From the NCBI GenBank assembly GCA_963805625.1, contig CAWDVE010000010.1:1984001-2048000 (forward strand): 64,000 bases of DNA, written 5' to 3'. The stretch is from an uncultured Candidatus Rokubacteria bacterium. Lineage in GTDB: Bacteria > Methylomirabilota > Methylomirabilia > Rokubacteriales > DASRDR01. Under the pieces are notes generated by a model. The model did no database searches, was not told where the DNA came from, and saw nothing but the letters and a program-made list of their open reading frames with translations. Within the stretch, counting starts at the first letter, position 1; every line of letters begins with the position of its first letter. This document shows, piece after piece, positions 9,769 to 18,900 of this stretch. The translations under genes were made by a program, and so were the position numbers.

Positions 9769-10744
9769 CCTGGGTGACCTCGCTCGGCTCGGGATAGGCG
9801 GCAGCCAGCGCGTACTGCACGGCGCTGTCGATCTCGGTCTTCACGTCGCCGAGGATGCGCTCGAACACGCCCGCCTCGGAGAGCCCCTGGCCGATGAGCC
9901 GCTCCGACAGGGTCTCCAGCGGGTCGTGCTTCGTCATCCACTCGCGCTCCTCGTCGCGTGACCGGTACTCCCGGTTCACGTCGCCGACGTGGTGCCCGTA
10001 GTACCGGTACGTCTTGCACTCGAGGAACGCCGGCCCCTCGCCGCGGCGCGCCCGCTCGACCAGCCGCCGCATCGCTCGGTTGACCGCCTGGACGTCCTGG
10101 CCGTCGACGCTCTCGGCGTGCACCCCGAAGGCGCGCGGGCGGGCGAGGATCTCGCCGGCCACCGTCTCGCTGCACGAGGTGTACTCGCCGTAGAGGTTGT
10201 TCTCGCAGACGTAGATGACGGGCAGCTTCCACAGAGAGGCCATGTTCATGACCTCGTAGAGGAGACCCTGACCGAGCGCGCCGTCGCCGAAGAAGCACGC
10301 CACGACCTGCCCGGTTCCGCGCATCTTGGCCGACAGCGCCGCACCCGTGGCGATCCCGGCGGAGCCGCCCACGATTGCGTTGGCGCCCAGGTTTCCCGTC
10401 TCGGGATCAGCGATGTGCATCGAGCCACCCTTGCCCCGGCAGTAGCCGGGCCCCTTACCGAGCAGCTCGGCAAACATCCGGTCGACCGCGGCGCCCTTGG
10501 CCAGGCAGTGGCCGTGCCCCCGATGGGTGCTCGTGATGAAGTCGTCCCTCCGCAGGGCCTCGCAGACGCCGACGGCGACGGCTTCCTGGCCGACGTAAAG
10601 GTGCGCCAGGCCCGGCATCTTCGCGCCCTTGTACAGCTCCTGCACCTGCTCCTCGAAGGCGCGGATCTTCGCCATCTGGCGGTACATGTGGAGGTGCTGC
10701 TCGAGCTCCATCCTGGGTTCGATCGTATGCGTCGTCATCGACAC
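9755..10744 (-). CDS. 2-oxoacid/acetoin dehydrogenase E1 alpha subunit (AcoA-like)
   Basis: HLYVGQEAV, STHRGHGH, GKGGSMH, TPP motif GDGA...ENN, TYRYYGH. Confidence 0.92.
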   Translation of the reverse strand: MSMTTHTIEPRMELEQHLHMYRQMAKIRAFEEQVQELYKGAKMPGLAHLYVGQEAVAVGVCEALRRDDFITSTHRGHGHCLAKGAAVDRMFAELLGKGPGYCRGKGGSMHIADPETGNLGANAIVGGSAGIATGAALSAKMRGTGQVVACFFGDGALGQGLLYEVMNMASLWKLPVIYVCENNLYGEYTSCSETVAGEILARPRAFGVHAESVDGQDVQAVNRAMRRLVERARRGEGPAFLECKTYRYYGHHVGDVNREYRSRDEEREWMTKHDPLETLSERLIGQGLSEAGVFERILGDVKTEIDSAVQYALAAAYPEPSEVTQDVYA

Positions 10745-10800
10745 GTCCCTTCGAGTAGTCGGGATCCCGGCGCGCCCTTGCGATCCGCCGGCTCCCGCTG

Positions 10801-10829
10801 ATGCTCCACCGAGGGTGGGGCGGAGTCAA
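10801..10829 (-). promoter_or_regulatory. Possible sigma70 promoter of the E1/E2 operon
   Basis: TTGACT-17 nt-GAGCAT on the minus strand; weak -10 element. Confidence 0.35.
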
Positions 10830-10917
10830 GTAGCGGCGGTGGTTGTCCTTCCCGGCGCGCCTGGCCGCCATGCGGGCGAACGCGCGGCCCCGAGGGACCA
10901 GGTCGGCGCCCTCGCTG

Positions 10918-11412
10918 TCAGTCCGGGTGGTACTTCAGCATCATCGCGCGCAGGTCCTGACGTAGCTCTTCGAGGGTGGGGCGGCCGACGAACCAGCCAC
11001 CGTCGTAGATCTTGTGGATGGCGAGATCTGGCCCCACCGAGAAGCTGTAGGGGATCGCGATGCGAGGGTGCGCTCGGTCGGTCTCATCCACGATGTCCAG
11101 CCCCATGATGGCCCGACGCTCGTGATCACTCAGGAACGCGAACGTCGCGCCCAGCCCGGCACGCAGGGCCCCGCACACCTCCGGGGGATCCGTGCTGATC
11201 ACCGCGAGGTGGCAGTAGTTCACGTCGAGCTCGCGCTGGAAATCGGTCAAGTGCCGCAACTGGCACTGGCACTTCGGTCACCAGTAGCCGCGGTAGAAGC
11301 TGACGATCAGCGGGTACCCGGCGGCCAGCTCGGAAAGCCTCACCGGCACCCGGCGATGATCGGGGAGTTCAAGGTCGGGAAGGTGGCTACCTATCACCAG
11401 ATCAGCGCGCAT
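10918..11412 (-). CDS. AhpC/TSA-like redoxin with in-frame UGA (putative selenoprotein, UxxC)
   Basis: GGGAGG SD then ATG at 11412; MRADLVIGSHLPDLELPD...FYRGYW-TGA(11278-11280)-PKC continues in frame into ORF 10918..11259. Confidence 0.85.
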
Positions 11413-11869
11413 GCCGGCCTCCCATGACGTCAGGGGTCATCGGTCGCCTCTCCGTTGCTTCTCGTACCCGGCAGATTTGAACCAAAGCCTGTCCTGCCCC
11501 TTCGCCAAGCCTACCGGTAAGTCAGTTTGGCGCGTTCCCAGCGTGGCCGGAGTCTAGCGCGCCGCGGGCCGCCTCGGACAGGCCCGGGGCGATCATCCCG
11601 GTTCCGGGCGGTACACGGATCTCACTGGGGCGGTGCGTGCATCGAGGGAGACGGAGCGTCGCATTGTCACACTCCCAGTGCGCTGGGGTGGTCGCGGTGC
11701 CTCGCGGGTGCGACGATGGCACCGCCGCGCAGACCGGAGCAAGGGTGCGGGATAGCCGTGTGATGCATAGAGATCATTTGCGATGCAGGATCCCCCCCAC
11801 GACGCGATTCCTCCTGGTGATCTACCGCCGCGTGGCCCGGTCGCGAGTGGCGCCGGCGCCTAATCCGGC

Positions 11870-11962
11870 GCCGGCCGCCTCGTAGAACCTCGAAATCGCT
11901 CGCGAGGCGCGGCGGAGCCCTCCACACGCGCTGTCCGCCGCCGCCCGGGCGGGTTCCGTCAA
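11870..11962 (-). pseudogene. Possible MarR-family regulator N-terminal remnant
   Basis: ACGGLRRASRAISRFYEAA resembles MarR-type CxxxxLRRAARAxxxxYD; breaks off afterwards. Confidence 0.35.
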
Positions 11963-12074
11963 GAGGACGGACGGATCCCCGGCCGTGCCCCCCAGTCTTA
12001 GGTGTCGCGCACGAACGCGAGCACCCCGCGAGCCACGAACATACGCCCCCCGGGAGCCAGAGGACGTACCGCGC

Positions 12075-12398
12075 CTACGGTGTCGGGGCTTGAGGCGGCA
12101 AGCCCGGCGGCAGGGGGGGCGGTTGCCCCGGGGGAGTTGACCCCGGCGGAGGCAGCGCCCGCGCCGAGGGGGCCCAGTATGCGGGACGCCAGACCCACGC
12201 CGCCCCACCCCAGACCCACTGGGCCGGGACGTACACGTATCCCGGAGGAGCTCCAACGGGGGCCGGGGTGACATAGGGCGGTGGCGCGGGCCCCACGTAG
12301 TAACACCCGGCGAGGATCAGGCCGATGCCGAGCAGCAGCGCGACCACGACCACGCTCTCGCTACCGAGGAGCCTGGGACCCGGGGCGCGCCACCCCAT
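12075..12398 (-). CDS. Small proline-rich lipoprotein with YXWGXW-like repeat
   Basis: Hydrophobic stretch with LAGC lipobox; YVYVPAQWVWGGAAWVWRPAYW. Confidence 0.6.
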   Translation of the reverse strand: MGWRAPGPRLLGSESVVVVALLLGIGLILAGCYYVGPAPPPYVTPAPVGAPPGYVYVPAQWVWGGAAWVWRPAYWAPSARALPPPGSTPPGQPPPLPPGLPPQAPTP

Positions 12399-12400
12399 GG

Positions 12401-12943
12401 CTACTGGCAGATTTGCTGACTGTAGGCGGGAATCCAGGCCGTGACGCGCTGCCCGTTCTGGAGCGTCCGGGTCTCATAGTGCCCTTGGACAGTCACCGTC
12501 TCACAGGCCTGGCCGCCGCTCGGAGCCGAGCCCTGGGCGGACGCCTGCGGAGGATTCTCCGGCGGACTGCCATAGTTCAAGCTAGCTGACGGATCCGCCT
12601 GGCCCCCTGCCCCTGGGACTGGCGGCGGGGCATAGACCGGAGGTGAGTAGGTCGGATAGCTGTAGGCCGGATACGGGTAGGTCGGGTACGCGTAGGCCGG
12701 GTACGGGTAGGCCGGGTAGGCGTACGGGTATGCGGGATACGCATAAGCTGGGGGATACCAGTAGGGGGACGTAGCAAGGGCGCCGATCCCCAATCCGAGG
12801 GCGAAGCCCCCCCAGCCGTACCCACCCCCATGCCATCCACCATGCCCGCGCCAGCCCCCGCCGCGAACCCACGCTTGAGCGGGTCCCGCCAGGAGCGGCA
12901 CGAAGAGCACGGCTACGAGCACGATCGCTGTCAGCTTCCTCAT
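12401..12943 (-). CDS. Secreted Gly/Tyr/Pro-rich low-complexity protein
   Basis: Signal peptide ending AQA, GGWRGHGGWHGG, tandem YPAY/YPT repeats, C-terminal Cys pair. Confidence 0.7.
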   Translation of the reverse strand: MRKLTAIVLVAVLFVPLLAGPAQAWVRGGGWRGHGGWHGGGYGWGGFALGLGIGALATSPYWYPPAYAYPAYPYAYPAYPYPAYAYPTYPYPAYSYPTYSPPVYAPPPVPGAGGQADPSASLNYGSPPENPPQASAQGSAPSGGQACETVTVQGHYETRTLQNGQRVTAWIPAYSQQICQ

Positions 12944-13115
12944 GTTCCGCCTTCCTCTACAGGGTTCGACGACTGTAACGCGCCTCCGATTCTCCTCCGA
13001 GGCGGGTCCCTCGGGGCGCGCATAGTCCAATGGATCATGTCATGCCGGGATCGGGGATGACCGCCGCTTGACGTGCCGCTCGTGGCCGCATAGAGTCGGG
13101 CTAGCCGGGTCCGTG

Positions 13116-14699
13116 ATGGAGGCGCTCCCGAGCCGCCCGCAGGCCGCCCTCGCTCTCTTCCTCGAGGTGAGCCGGTCGTTCCACGCGCTGGTCGAGCCGG
13201 GGGAGCTCCTTTCTCTGATCACCGAGCGCGTTCGAACGCTGCTCGACGCCGAAGCGTGCTCCGTGATCCTGTACGATCCGGACCGTGGCGACCTCTACAT
13301 TCCGGTGTCCAGCGATGCGCGGATCGAGTCGCCCGACCGGCTCCGCGAAGTGCGCTTTCGCGTGTCGGAGGGCATTGCCGGGTGGGTGTTCCGCGAGGGT
13401 CGCTCTGTCTTGGTGCCGGACGTCGCCAGCGATCCTCGCTTCTACGATGCGGTCGACCGTGAGACGGGCACCGCCAGCCACTCCCTGCTATGCGCCCCTC
13501 TCCTGACGCGGTCGGGGACCATCGGTGTTACCCAGGTCATCAACAAGAGGTCCGGGATCTTCACGCAAGACGACCTCGATCTCCTCGATGCCATTGCTGG
13601 GACCATTGCAGTGGCCCTCGAGAACGCCCGGCTCCACGAAGCCTTAAGACGCGAGACGGAGCGGATCCAGGGGGAGAACCTCGAGCTGCGGCGGGCCGTC
13701 GGCGAGCACTTCCGCGGGATCCTCGGGACGAGCTCGACGCTCCGGCGAGTCCTCGAACAGGCGGCTCAGGCGGCCCCGACGCGCGCCACCATCACGCTGC
13801 TGGGCGAGACCGGCACGGGCAAGGAGCTATTCGCGCGTTCCATCCACGCGGCCAGCGATCGCGCAGCAGGGCCATTCGTGGTGGTGAACTGCGCTGCGAT
13901 CCCTACCACCCTGCTGGAGGCGGAGCTGTTCGGTTTCGAGCGCGGCGCGTTCACCGGAGCGGTGGCGTCGCGCCGAGGGCGCTTCGAGGTAGCGCACGGA
14001 GGTACGCTTTTCCTTGACGAGATCGGGGAGCTCGAGCCAGCCCTGCAGGCGAAGCTCCTCCGTGTATTGGAGTCTGGCGAGGTACAGCCGCTCGGCAGTG
14101 AGCGAGCGCATCGCGTAGACGTTCGAATCGTCACGGCCACCAACCGCGACCTGCAGAAGCTTCTCGCCGCCGGGAGCTTTCGCGAGGACCTCTACTGGCG
14201 GATCAACGTCATCACGCTCGAGCTACCGCCTCTCCGCGAGCGGCGCGAGGACCTGCCGCTCTTGATCCATCACATCCTGGGCCGGCTCGACGCCGAGCTG
14301 GGGCGCGGCCACCGCGTGCGCACAGATGCCGAGGCGGTGCTCTTGGCGTACGACTATCCGGGTAACGTGCGCGAGCTGGAGAACATCCTCCGTCGCGCGG
14401 CCACCCTCGCCACGGGCCCGGAGATCACTCCGGAGGATCTCCCGCCCCACGTGACGGCGCGGGACGAGTACGTGACCCCAGCGACGAACGTCGAGCTGAA
14501 GGCCGCGAAGGCCGCGGCCGCGGCGGCGGCGGCCCAGGCGGTCGAGCGGCGCTTCCTCACTCAGCTTCTGCGGGACACAGCCGGGAACGTGTCAGAAGCC
14601 GCGCGGCGGGTGGGCATGAACCGGACCTGGCTCCACCAACTCCTCTCGCGGCACCGGATCGACGCCAAAGGATTCCAGCCCCCCGCCTCCGCCGGATAG
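13116..14699 (+). CDS. Sigma54-dependent activator (GAF-AAA+-Fis HTH)
   Basis: GAF domain, GETGTGKE, GAFTGA, LFLDEIGE, YPGNVRELEN, GNVSEAARRVG. Confidence 0.93.
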   Translation: MEALPSRPQAALALFLEVSRSFHALVEPGELLSLITERVRTLLDAEACSVILYDPDRGDLYIPVSSDARIESPDRLREVRFRVSEGIAGWVFREGRSVLVPDVASDPRFYDAVDRETGTASHSLLCAPLLTRSGTIGVTQVINKRSGIFTQDDLDLLDAIAGTIAVALENARLHEALRRETERIQGENLELRRAVGEHFRGILGTSSTLRRVLEQAAQAAPTRATITLLGETGTGKELFARSIHAASDRAAGPFVVVNCAAIPTTLLEAELFGFERGAFTGAVASRRGRFEVAHGGTLFLDEIGELEPALQAKLLRVLESGEVQPLGSERAHRVDVRIVTATNRDLQKLLAAGSFREDLYWRINVITLELPPLRERREDLPLLIHHILGRLDAELGRGHRVRTDAEAVLLAYDYPGNVRELENILRRAATLATGPEITPEDLPPHVTARDEYVTPATNVELKAAKAAAAAAAAQAVERRFLTQLLRDTAGNVSEAARRVGMNRTWLHQLLSRHRIDAKGFQPPASAG

Positions 14700-14909
14700 C
14701 GGCCGCGCCCGGAGCCGCCCAGGCTGTCGTCTGATCCCCAGATACTGTCGCCGTCGAACAGACAGCCTGTAACCAGCTATTGTCGCTGGTCAATCAGCTC
14801 CTCTGGACCGTCATGGGCTTCCGAGGTGACGGGCGCGGACGAACAGGCCCGCGCTCCGGGCGATCGCCTAAGTCAGCGTCATTTCTAGCCTGTCGAATCG
14901 TCGGCCTCT

Positions 14910-14925
14910 TGGCAGGCCACTTGCT
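14910..14925 (+). promoter_or_regulatory. Sigma54 -24/-12 promoter
   Basis: TGGCAGGCCACTTGCT, GG-N10-GC, about 57 nt upstream of ATG 14982. Confidence 0.75.
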
Positions 14926-14981
14926 CCCTTCGACCAGTTGTTCGGATCGACCCTGACCTCTTCGGGGAAGGGGGAAGTTCC

Positions 14982-15509
14982 ATGAAGGTGTCCTTGGCAC
15001 TCGCACCTGCCTTAGTTGGTGTCCTGATCGGCGGCGCCACGACACCCACCGTGACGCCCGAGAGTGGCGTGCCTACAGCCCGTTCCCTGCAGGTGTCCGT
15101 GGAGGCCGCCCTCGAGCATGGGGATTTCTTGACGGCCCTGCGTACGACCAAGGCCGCGCATCGCCGGGCCACCCGCGATCGTCGGTGGGAGTCCTTGATC
15201 GAGGTCGGCGACGCATACTACCGCATCGCCAGCCGAACGGCAGCACCTGAAGCGGCAAGCCTGAGGGCACATGATGCCTACCAGGCCGCCCTTCGCAGCG
15301 CGCGTCATGCGGAATCTCTCGACGGGGTGCTCCGTGCGGCCGAGGCCTTCGCTCAGCTCGGTAACATGGACGACGTGGAATTGAGCCTTCTCGTCGCACG
15401 CGACCTGGCCGGTTCCGATGCCGAAGCGGTAGACGATGTGAAGGCGACGGCCGGGCGGCTCAGCGATCTGCTCGCCCACGCGGCGACGATTGACCGACCG
15501 AGGAGGTAG
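14982..15509 (+). CDS. Hypothetical exported helical (TPR-like) protein
   Basis: N-terminal hydrophobic segment, amphipathic helices, downstream of the sigma54 promoter. Confidence 0.65.
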   Translation: MKVSLALAPALVGVLIGGATTPTVTPESGVPTARSLQVSVEAALEHGDFLTALRTTKAAHRRATRDRRWESLIEVGDAYYRIASRTAAPEAASLRAHDAYQAALRSARHAESLDGVLRAAEAFAQLGNMDDVELSLLVARDLAGSDAEAVDDVKATAGRLSDLLAHAATIDRPRR

Positions 15510-15511
15510 CC

Positions 15512-15766
15512 ATGACCACACGGCTGTTCAGAGTGATCGACACGGTGAGGGCGGTTCGACAAGAAACACGGGTGTGGGTCCATCACCTCACGGGCGAGGG
15601 CCCAACCACGGTCCGACGGCAGCGGGCGGCCGTCGGGCAGGCGCTTCTCGCTGCCCCGCTGGCTCCTTTGGCTCGTCGCGCATCGGCATACGAGAGGTTC
15701 GGCCGCCCCGAGGCGCCAACCGTGGGTGCCACCCCCGGGCGGCGAGCCGCCTTCACCACCCGCTGA
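15512..15766 (+). CDS. Small hypothetical protein
   Basis: GGAGG SD, starts 2 nt after the previous stop. Confidence 0.45.
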   Translation: MTTRLFRVIDTVRAVRQETRVWVHHLTGEGPTTVRRQRAAVGQALLAAPLAPLARRASAYERFGRPEAPTVGATPGRRAAFTTR

Positions 15767-15904
15767 CCGGTCCGGCGCAGAGGGGGCGAGCTTTTCGGGG
15801 ACTCCCGGCCCGCGATCGCCGGCGCTCCCGGCTCCCGGGATCCCGACCTCGACGCACTTCGGCGTGAGGGCATCACTTGAAGGTTCGCTGAAAGGAGACT
15901 CGCC

Positions 15905-17023
15905 ATGGGGCGCACGTACAACATCATCGACGCCGATGGACACGTGCTCGAGCCCGTGGACATGTTTGACAAGTACATCGATCCGGCATACCGCGATCGC
16001 GCGCCGCGGATGATCGTGGACACCGATGGCAAGGAACGCCTCCTGATCGAGGGTCGGGTGCTGGGCAGCCCAAAGGGCCTCGGTCTGCTCGGGGGGATCG
16101 GCGCTCGGCAGGGCGCGATAGACGACGTCACCATGAAGTATGTCGAGGGCCGGAAGGGCGGCTTCGACCCGCATGCCCGGATCCCCGACATGGACCTCGA
16201 CGGTATCGACGCGGCATTCCTCTATCCGAGCATCGGTCTCTTCACCGGCGCGATCCAGGATCCTCAGCTCGCAGCGGCCACGTGCCGCGCCTACAACCGC
16301 TGGCTGGCCGAGTACTGCCGCCCCTATCCCGACCGCCTCTTCGGCGTGGCCATGCTACCCATGCAGTCGATCGACGCCGCAATCGAGGAGATGCGTTACG
16401 CGCGAAAGGAGCTCGGCATGCGCGCAGGGTTTCTCCGACCCAACCCGTACAACGGTCGCATGCTGCACCACCCGGACTACGCGCCGTTCTGGACGGAGGT
16501 GCAGGAGCTCGACTTCGCCATCGGCCTGCACGAGGGCGCCGGCGGCGGCATGCCGCAAGTCGGTGTCGACCGGTTCACGACGCGGGGGGCGCGGCACATC
16601 ATCTCGCACACGATGGAGATGATGCTGGCCGCCCTGAGCGTGATCTGGGGCGGCGTATGCGATCGCCATCCCGGCGTGCGCATCGCGTTCCTCGAGTCGG
16701 GGGGTGGGTGGATCGCGCCCTGGCTTGACCGGATGGACCGGCACTTCGACGACAAGGGGTTCAACGACTCCGGCCTCACCATGCGCCCGAGTGAGCTCTT
16801 TCGGCGGAACTGTTGGATCTCCTTCGAGCCCGTGGAGGGGAGCCTCTCCGCGCTCGCCGAGTACATCGGCCCGCACAAGATCCTCTGGGCCACCGACTAC
16901 CCTCATCCCGACGGCTTCTTCCCTGGCGCGCCCAAGTTGATCGCCGACCGGCCGGAGCTCTCGGCCCAGACCAAACGCGAGATTCTGGGCGGCGGCGCCA
17001 AGCGGTTCTACCGGCTCAACTAG
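15905..17023 (+). CDS. Amidohydrolase_2 family protein
   Basis: IIDADGHVLEP, FLYPS, AYNRW, LESGGGW, WATDYPHPD; AAGGAG SD. Confidence 0.92.
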   Translation: MGRTYNIIDADGHVLEPVDMFDKYIDPAYRDRAPRMIVDTDGKERLLIEGRVLGSPKGLGLLGGIGARQGAIDDVTMKYVEGRKGGFDPHARIPDMDLDGIDAAFLYPSIGLFTGAIQDPQLAAATCRAYNRWLAEYCRPYPDRLFGVAMLPMQSIDAAIEEMRYARKELGMRAGFLRPNPYNGRMLHHPDYAPFWTEVQELDFAIGLHEGAGGGMPQVGVDRFTTRGARHIISHTMEMMLAALSVIWGGVCDRHPGVRIAFLESGGGWIAPWLDRMDRHFDDKGFNDSGLTMRPSELFRRNCWISFEPVEGSLSALAEYIGPHKILWATDYPHPDGFFPGAPKLIADRPELSAQTKREILGGGAKRFYRLN

Positions 17024-17402
17024 CGTCAGGCGGTATCCGCTCCGTCCTCGCCTGAATGGCGAGCCTGTTCGGGGCCATCGTGTCACCGACGGGGGTGGCG
17101 CGGTGCGCGCTGGAACCCGAGTGGTTTCCCGCGGTCGAACCGCGGCGGAAGGGGTGTTCGTCCAGCTTCGCACGGCGGCCATGAAGAGCGCCGCCGTGAT
17201 CCGGGCGAAACGGTGGGGCGGGCCGGGTCGAGGGCGCCTCGAGAACCTGGTCCCGGGCCCCGGACAACCGGGTACTTCTCGCCGCTAGGATCGAGTCGAA
17301 ATGGCGGGCCAGGGTGTCGGGTCAACCCAGGGTAGGAGGGCCGGCCAAGTGGCCGGTTGTCCGTGCTACCCTGGCCGCACTCCGGCAAGGGAGGCGCCTG
17401 GC

Positions 17403-17580
17403 ATGGAGTGTCCCCGGTGCCAGCACGAGAACGCCCCGACGATGAAGTTCTGCAAGGAGTGCGGCCCCCCCCACGGCCAATCCGAGCGGCCAGCCAGCGC
17501 TGTCATACGCGGAGATCACGAGCGCTCTGAGTGAGGCGCTGGACCAACAGAGCGCCACGGCCGAGATCCTGAGGCTCTCC
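17403..17580 (+). pseudogene. Remnant of a double-zinc-ribbon/GAF signalling protein
   Basis: MECPRCQHEN...FCKECG, frameshift in a poly-C run, then ALSEALDQQSATAEILRLS, truncated. Confidence 0.6.
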
Positions 17581-18071
17581 CGCTCGAGGAGGCGTCGTTC
17601 GACGCCACAATTGCGAGCATGGTCATCCACTTTTGTTGCAGCCCCGAGCGGGCCCTGCAGGAGCTCAAGCGGGTCTTGGTCCCCGCCGGACGCATCGCGG
17701 TCTCGGCACCGGCACGCCCGGATCTCGACCTGGCGATCGCATTCCAGGTCGCCGCCGAGCTGTGTCCAGACGAGGCGGATGACATCCGGCGCATGTGGTT
17801 GTTCGCCCCTGCCGGCAAGTTGGTGGGCGTTCTCGAGGCCGCGGGGTTCCGGGAGGTTGCGGAAGAGTCGGTCGACCTGACGATCGGGCCGATGTCGTTC
17901 GAGGAGGCCTGGGCGCTGCAGAAATGCTCGGCTCCGCTGCGCACGGCGGTGGAGCGCGTCGGCGAGGAGCGCTTTCTCGGCGCCTACCGCCCGCGCATTC
18001 GCCACTGCGTGGCATCTGGCGATATCGTCACCCTGTCTTTTGCGTGTCGCATCGCGTCGGCGCGGCGTTGA
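17577..18071 (+). pseudogene. 5'-truncated class I SAM methyltransferase
   Basis: LPLEEASFDATIASMVIHF...ALQELKRVLVPAGR; motif I absent. Confidence 0.6.
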
Positions 18072-18428
18072 TTCCGAAGTGTCATCAGCCGTCGTTCAGC
18101 GTTCGCCGGTGATCCACGAGAAAGTCGGCGCCGCAACCGCCCACCGGGCCCCACGGGGCGGGGCCGGCGTCGGGGGAGGTCAGACCTGCCGGCGGACGCA
18201 TGCCTGCCGCCCGGACATCCGGATCACACGTCCGGTTCGTGAGTACGGGGACCCATTCGTGGTCCCGTACGAACCGGACGGACAGGTTCTTTCCTATAGG
18301 GTGTCCGCTTGTCCGCTTCGAACGGTAGCGCGGCGCGTCAACTCTCGACCGGAGGTTCTGTCCATCCGGCGCCGCAACGCGCGCCGATCCGAGCCTCTCG
18401 CTCTACGCCGCGCTCGCCTCGTCGGCTA

Positions 18429-18452
18429 GCGGGATTCGAACCCCGTGTTTCA
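18429..18452 (-). other. tRNA 3'-end (T-arm) remnant, att-like
   Basis: CGGGATTCGAACCCCGTGTT is the reverse complement of a tRNA T-arm (Glu-like); TCCCCCGACGGGATT recurs near 18542. Confidence 0.45.
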
Positions 18453-18900
18453 GTCACGATCGCCTCTTGGCCCATCGATTCGCGCGGTTAGAACACACGT
18501 GGCCCGCCAGAAAGGACGGGAATCGAACCTCACGAGTTCGATCCCCCGACGGGATTTGGCCATTCGGGGCCACCTTCGTGGTGGAGGGCCGCGCCGCGGC
18601 GTAAGGTCGCGGTTAGCCTGAGCGGCATCCCACCCGCCGACCGGCGTCGCCGTCTCCGTCTGTTCGCACGCTCGGCCCTCGCCGCCACCGCCTGGCCGCT
18701 CTTGTCGACCTGATAGTCGCACGCTATGGTACCTGCGGCGCCCGAGGGGGCCTCCACCTGCGGCAGGCCGGTGACGAGGGGCACGGACGCGGACCGAGAA
18801 ACCTACCTGGCACTTCAGGTTCTTTCGTTGGTGGCAGGCTTGGCCTGGCACGGTCGTCCGATGCGCTTTTTGTGGACCCGCGTCGGTCCAGGAGGAGACG

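Noticed and set aside
11528-11545. Sigma54-like TGGCGCGTTCCCAGC
   Set aside because: Lacks TTGC and has no credible downstream gene
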